A DNA stretch of 64,000 nt from Gammaproteobacteria bacterium (GTDB taxonomy: Bacteria; Pseudomonadota; Gammaproteobacteria; Eutrophobiales; Eutrophobiaceae), in assembly GCA_965215365.1 (NCBI GenBank), contig CBDCDS010000003.1, positions 2,560,001 to 2,624,000 on the forward strand, written 5' to 3'. Below the pieces are notes generated by a model, which had not been told where the DNA came from, ran no database searches, and saw nothing but the letters and a program-made list of their open reading frames with translations. A program made the translations under genes and the position numbers. Shown here one piece after another: positions 47,839 through 64,000 of the stretch. Each line of letters opens with the position of its first letter. The first letter of the stretch is position 1.

Positions 47839-47928
47839 GCCATCACTGCGGGGCATTTTTCCAGCGGATACCGGGTCAGTCCCGGGATAGCGAACAAGGG
47901 CGTTCTATCCGGCTCTGGCTTGGCCGGG

Positions 47929-48963
47929 TCAGGAGTCGAAACTGCTCTCCACCGCATCCACTGCCGCCAGCAGCGCCGCCCTGGCGTCCGCATCCAGCAG
48001 GGAGGCCTGGAAGGAATTGCGGGCCAGTTGTGCCAGGGTTGCCCGGTCCAATGCCAGCGCATTGGCCACGGCCAGATAATTCTCATTCAGGTAGCCGCCA
48101 AAATAGGCGGGGTCGTCGGAATTGACGGTGACCATCAGACCCAGCTCCAGCATACGCTGCAAGGGGTGGGCGCTGAGGTCAGGCACGACGCACAGGCGGA
48201 CGTTACTAAGCGGGCAGACCGTGAGCGGAACCTGCCGACGCGCTAGCTCCGTCACCAGCTCGGCATCATCCAGCGCGTTATTGCCGTGGTCGATGCGCAC
48301 CACTTCCAACACCTCCAGTGCCTCCCGGATATAGGCGGCGGGGCCCTCCTCCCCGGCATGAGCCACTGCCGTGAAGCCGGCGGCGCGGGCGCAGCGGAAG
48401 GCTTCCCGGAACTGGCCTGGCGGGTTGTTGCGTTCAGACGAATCCAAGCCCACTCCGGCGATACGATCGCGGTATGGCAGGGCCAGCTCCAGGGTTGCCA
48501 GCGCCTGCGCTTCATCCAGATGGCGCAGGAAGCACATAATCAGGCGTGAGCTGAAGCCCAGTCGGGCCTCAGCATCTGCCAGCGCCCGGCTGATGCCGTC
48601 GATAACGGTGCTGAACGCAACCCCGCGCGCAGTGTGGGTTTGCGGGTCGAAAAAAATCTCGGCGTGACGCACGTTCTGGGCAAAGGCGCGCTGCATATAA
48701 GCCCAGGTCAGGTCATAGAAGTCCTGTGTTTCCAGCAACACGGCCGCACCGGCATAGTAGATGTCGAGAAAATCCTGCAGGTTGGAAAACCGATAAGCCG
48801 CGCGCACTTCCTCCACCGAGGAGTATGGCAACCGGATACCGTTGCGCTCGGCCAGGGCAAACATCAACTCAGGTTCCAGCGTGCCCTCAATATGCAGGTG
48901 CAGCTCTGCCTTGGGCAGGGCGGCAATGAACGCATTCAGGCCGTTGTTGGAAGATGCTGGCAT
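47929..48963 (-). CDS. Adenine/adenosine deaminase
   Basis: PKAELHLHIEG, AHAGEEGP, RIDHG, NSDDPAYFGG. Confidence 0.93.
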   Translation of the reverse strand: MPASSNNGLNAFIAALPKAELHLHIEGTLEPELMFALAERNGIRLPYSSVEEVRAAYRFSNLQDFLDIYYAGAAVLLETQDFYDLTWAYMQRAFAQNVRHAEIFFDPQTHTARGVAFSTVIDGISRALADAEARLGFSSRLIMCFLRHLDEAQALATLELALPYRDRIAGVGLDSSERNNPPGQFREAFRCARAAGFTAVAHAGEEGPAAYIREALEVLEVVRIDHGNNALDDAELVTELARRQVPLTVCPLSNVRLCVVPDLSAHPLQRMLELGLMVTVNSDDPAYFGGYLNENYLAVANALALDRATLAQLARNSFQASLLDADARAALLAAVDAVESSFDS

Positions 48964-49024
48964 AGTCCTGTACTTTATACCTCAGTGCAGCCCAGGGCAA
49001 GACCAGTGAGGGTGCAGCGGTCGC

Positions 49025-60623
<11,599 letters not shown>

Positions 60624-60711
60624 GCGGCTGTGCGGCTGTGCGGCTGTGCGGCTGTGCGGCTGTGCGGCTGTGCGGCTGTGCGGCTGTGCGGCTGTGCGGC
60701 TGTGCGGCTGT
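60624..60711 (-). repeat. Microsatellite (ACAGCCGC)x11 abutting adhesin start codon
   Basis: GCGGCTGT x11 on plus strand between CAT 60621-60623 and CAT 60712-60714. Confidence 0.97.
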
Positions 60712-60712
60712 C

Positions 60713-60770
60713 ATTATGGCATTTCCCCCGAGTTTGTCAAGCAGTTTTTGGATTTTTTTGGTATTTTTTT
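60713..60770 (-). promoter_or_regulatory. Sigma70 promoter of adhesin with extended -10 and A-rich UP element
   Basis: TTGACA (60740-60735)-N16-TGcCATAAT (60718-60713), A-tracts upstream. Confidence 0.65.
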
Positions 60771-60874
60771 CAGTAAGATAGAACGACCAAGGCGACACCG
60801 ACGCCAATGATTGTAGTCAGGATTTGAACATGAGTTTAGCATCAGTATAGCACAGTGTCAAGCGCGCCCCAAAA

Positions 60875-60910
60875 ACATGGCCACGTACATGGCCACGTAC
60901 ATGGCCACAT
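60875..60910. repeat. 12-bp tandem repeat ACATGGCCACRT x3
   Basis: Seen directly; each unit is a near palindrome. Confidence 0.85.
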
Positions 60911-60977
60911 ATCGACTTCACGGATGACCGGGATGCTTGTCTGTTCACCGTAACCGTTCACCGCAAACAGGCCGCGC

Positions 60978-61751
60978 TCACTCAAACACCCGTGGCACAA
61001 ACCCCTCCTCATTAACGATACTGGCGCTGTCGCCGGTGGCGCGGATGACGAACAGGCCCTGGCGTTCTGCATGTGTTTTGGCAGCCTTGCTGGTTTTGAG
61101 GTAGGCCATCGCCCCGTAAATCGTCTTGCCCCGATGTTCCGGTTCGTAATACGTGTATTTGAGCAGTTTTTTCAGAAAGTGTTTGATGTCCGCCGCACAC
61201 AAGGTGGTCTTCACTTCCACCACCACCACTTCGACCCCGTTAATCGCCACAATGTCAAACTCAAAGTCCTCGCCGTTGCGCTTGCCATAAGGCCTGGGAT
61301 GGATGCGATCTACCAGAATATCCCGGCGTTGCAGCAGGGCTACGAGGTCACCCTCGACCAGGCTTTCCATGAAGTCACCCCAACGGTTGTCAAACCGGCC
61401 TTGCATCCTGTTCAGGCTTTTGTCCAGGCGCCGGTCGGTTTCCCGGGCATTTTCTTTCATGCGCCGGTCGGTTTCCTTCATCTGCTGGCTGGTCTCCTTC
61501 ACCAGCCGACTGGTCTCCTTCACCAGCCGGCCGGTTTCCCGGGCATTTTCCTTTATGATCCGGTCGGTTTCCCGGGCATTTTCCTTTATGATCCGGTCGG
61601 TTTCCCGGGCACGTTCTTTTATGCGTTGGTCGGTTTCTTTTGCTTGTTCCTCCAGTAGCCGGGCGATTTCCTGCTGCGCTGCGCGTAATTCCTGCATGCC
61701 AGCCCAGAACGCCTCAGGCGTGGCGTGTTCATGCGGTGTTTTGTTGTCCAT
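60978..61751 (-). CDS. Coiled-coil repeat protein with PD-(D/E)XK-like C-terminal domain (DUF3782-like)
   Basis: ENARETDRIIK 11-aa repeats; WGDFMESLV, EFDIVAING..VVVEVKT; GGAGG RBS. Confidence 0.75.
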   Translation of the reverse strand: MDNKTPHEHATPEAFWAGMQELRAAQQEIARLLEEQAKETDQRIKERARETDRIIKENARETDRIIKENARETGRLVKETSRLVKETSQQMKETDRRMKENARETDRRLDKSLNRMQGRFDNRWGDFMESLVEGDLVALLQRRDILVDRIHPRPYGKRNGEDFEFDIVAINGVEVVVVEVKTTLCAADIKHFLKKLLKYTYYEPEHRGKTIYGAMAYLKTSKAAKTHAERQGLFVIRATGDSASIVNEEGFVPRVFE

Positions 61752-61951
61752 GACAGATACCTCCGTATCGGTTAGGTTGATGGGTTTGATAAAGCGGGCG
61801 GCAGCGAATGCAATCGAACCGCTCGCTCACTGCAGCATTGTACAGGGATGCAGTGGGTGGTGCAAACTGCTGCTGCTCATTTCGGAAAGTCTTGCCTCCC
61901 GGGGAAGGCAGGGCAGGCCCGACAAAGTATGATGCGGTTCATAATCGCCAC

Positions 61952-62539
61952 TGTCCGGGTTCAGAAACAAGTGAGACTCTTTAGATAAAGAAATCGGGTA
62001 GTCTGTGTGTAAAGTGATTTCGATTAACTTACACAGGAGGACTACCCGATGCAGATCAAAAGCCTGCGGGTGAAATCATATCGCAGTTGGCGCGTCGATG
62101 ATACTACCGTGTCCAGGTTCAATACATATGAGACTCAGAGGCAGGCTGTGTGAGTTGTTGATAATACTCCATTGGGGTTAATAAACCAATACCGTCATGC
62201 GGGCGGTAGGTATTGTAGTATTGCTGATACTCTGCCAGTTTGCGGTTGATGGCGGCCACGGTCAGTGGGCCCTCGTAGAACGGATAGAACTCATAGCGGC
62301 TGGTGGCATTGGCGCGTTCTACACAGCCGTTGTATTCGGGTTTTTTCGGGGGCAGCACGTACAGGGGGATTCCTAAGTCCTGGCAAGCCTGCTCGAACTC
62401 ATCTCGGAACTCCGAGGAGTATCAGCAATACTACAATACCTACCGCCCGCATGACGGTATTGGTTTATTAACCCCAATGGAGTATTATCAACAACTCACA
62501 CAGCCTGCCTCTGAGTCTCATATGTATTGAACCTGGACA
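61952..62539 (+). mobile_element. Rearranged/nested IS481 remnant with 6-bp target duplication CGCCAC
   Basis: Left end 61952-62109, inverted right-end piece 62110-62416, direct right end 62417-62539; CGCCAC at 61946-61951 and 62540-62545. Confidence 0.9.
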
Positions 62540-62545
62540 CGCCAC

Positions 62546-62574
62546 TTGACGCTTGTTCAGAATATCAGTAACTT
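62546..62574 (+). promoter_or_regulatory. Putative sigma70 promoter of ilvI
   Basis: TTGACG-N17-TAACTT upstream of GTG 62611. Confidence 0.55.
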
Positions 62575-62610
62575 ACCATGTCCTGTTATTAACCAATCTG
62601 TGGACATCCA

Positions 62611-64000
62611 GTGAGCAAGGCAAAACCGATACTGCGCGGCGCGGAAATTTTTGTGCGGGCACTGAAAGATGAAGGGGTCAAGCATGTTTTCGGCTATCCC
62701 GGCGGCGCGGTGTTGCATATTTATGATGAGTTGTACAAGCAGACCGAGGTGGAGCATATCCTGGTGCGCCACGAACAGGGCGCGGCGCATGCGGCCGACG
62801 GTTATGCGCGCGCCACAGGCCGCCCCGGTGTGGTGCTGGTTACGTCCGGGCCGGGCATTACCAACGCGGTCACGGGCATTGCCACGGCTTACATGGATTC
62901 CATTCCGTTAGTGGTATTCAGCGGCCAGGTGGCTACGTCTGCCATCGGCAATGATGCGTTTCAGGAGGTCGATGCCATCGGTATTACCCGGCCTTGTGTC
63001 AAACACAATTTTCTCGTCAACGATGTTAAAGACCTGGCCGCCACCATCAAAAAAGCATTTTACGTGGCCGGCAGCGGTCGCCCTGGGCCGGTACTGGTGG
63101 ACATTCCCAAGGACATTACCGCCAACGCCTGTGCCTATGAATACCCGGAAACGGTGGATATGCGTTCCTACCGGCCTACTGTCAAGGGTCACCCGGGGCA
63201 GATCCGGCGCGCCGTCAACCTTATGTTGCAGGCGCGCAAACCGATGATTTATACCGGTGGCGGCGTGGTGTTGTCCGACGCCAGCGCAGAGTTGACAGAG
63301 TTCACCCGCGCCCTGGGGTTCCCCATCACCAACACCTTGATGGGGTTGGGCGCTTACCCGGCCACGGATCCGCAATTCATCGGTATGCTGGGCATGCATG
63401 GCACTTACGAGGCCAATATGGCCATGCACCAGTGCGACGTGTTGATCGCCATCGGCGCCCGTTTCGACGACCGGGTAACAGGTGACCTGGAAAAATTCTG
63501 TCCGCAGGCGCGCATTATCCATATTGACGTGGACCCGTCTTCGATTGCCAAGAACGTGCCCGTGGATGTGCCTATCGTCGGCGACGTCAAACAGGTGCTG
63601 CGCGAGCTCAACGCCGGCTTGCAGGAAATCAGCGCCCGGCCCGACATAGCCGACTGGTGGCGCCGGATCAAGGACTGGCAGGCCATGGACTGCCTGCGCT
63701 TCGACCGAAACTCCAAACTCATCAAGCCGCAGCAGGTGATTGAACAACTCTACCAGCTGACCGCCGGCAACGCCTATGTCTCCTCGGATGTCGGCCAGCA
63801 CCAGATGTGGGCGGCGCAGTTCTACAAGTTCGACAAGCCGCGCCGCTGGCTCAATTCCGGTGGCCTCGGCACCATGGGCTTCGGCCTGCCGGCGGCCATG
63901 GGCGCCAAGATCGCCTACCCGGAAGAGACGGTGGTGTGCGTGACCGGCGAGGCCAGCCTGGTCATGTGCATTCAGGAACTGTCAACCTGTTTGCAGTACC
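62611..64000 (+). CDS. ilvI: Acetolactate synthase large subunit, truncated by window edge
   Basis: Not in ORF track. Hand translation: [39 protein letters not shown]...[16 protein letters not shown]...TSGPG...[11 protein letters not shown]...[14 protein letters not shown]. Confidence 0.95.
   Translation, partial: MSKAKPILRGAEIFVRALKDEGVKHVFGYPGGAVLHIYDELYKQTEVEHILVRHEQGAAHAADGYARATGRPGVVLVTSGPGITNAVTGIATAYMDSIPLVVFSGQVATSAIGNDAFQEVDAIGITRPCVKHNFLVNDVKDLAATIKKAFYVAGSGRPGPVLVDIPKDITANACAYEYPETVDMRSYRPTVKGHPGQIRRAVNLMLQARKPMIYTGGGVVLSDASAELTEFTRALGFPITNTLMGLGAYPATDPQFIGMLGMHGTYEANMAMHQCDVLIAIGARFDDRVTGDLEKFCPQARIIHIDVDPSSIAKNVPVDVPIVGDVKQVLRELNAGLQEISARPDIADWWRRIKDWQAMDCLRFDRNSKLIKPQQVIEQLYQLTAGNAYVSSDVGQHQMWAAQFYKFDKPRRWLNSGGLGTMGFGLPAAMGAKIAYPEETVVCVTGEASLVMCIQELSTCLQY

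Noticed and set aside
60624-60711. Short ORFs made of CGCAAVRL/TAAQPHSR repeats
   Set aside because: Translations of the microsatellite; only relevant as the out-of-frame product in the phase-variation model.
62908-63801. 297-aa minus-strand ORF
   Set aside because: Antisense shadow of ilvI.

Overview
GC-rich Gammaproteobacteria-like chromosomal segment, probably from a host-associated bacterium. A marine-invertebrate/sponge symbiont is inferred from gene content only. 1-23.4 kb: a rearranged non-flagellar type III secretion system (gatekeeper, two translocators, two Bsp22/EspA-like tip/filament paralogues, five or six chaperones, three orphan effectors, SctC/D/N/O/U, an embedded PP2C-HATPase partner-switching regulator and an inserted MTase-HNH gene). 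23.5-33.2 kb: a compact seven-gene sterol biosynthesis operon (SdmB-like, SdmA-like Rieske, ERG24-like reductase, CYP51, squalene epoxidase-oxidosqualene cyclase fusion, C-24 sterol methyltransferase, ERG2-like isomerase), translationally coupled to dacB and a PPTase. It is joined to the T3SS by a 29-bp IS481 end scar. 35-49 kb: ATP-grasp/alpha-E/Anbu, glyA-nrdR-ribD-nusB-thiL (ribE/ribBA/ribH absent), cfa-like, an intact IS481-family element, ubiG-gph-degenerate hpnD, adenine deaminase. 49-60.7 kb: RTX protein and a 3223-aa repeat adhesin whose leader is an 11x8-bp microsatellite. End: coiled-coil PD-(D/E)XK-like gene, a nested IS481 remnant and partial ilvI. Most novel signals: (i) all four IS481 right ends in the window sit 28-29 nt upstream of a sigma70 -10-like hexamer, and three of them sit 5-6 bp before a TTG-type -35, suggesting promoter-targeted transposition; (ii) the IS has a candidate antisense RNA with a hypervariable loop; (iii) a side-chain-alkylating sterol pathway lies beside a T3SS. 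All calls are by-eye motif recognition; no searches were run.
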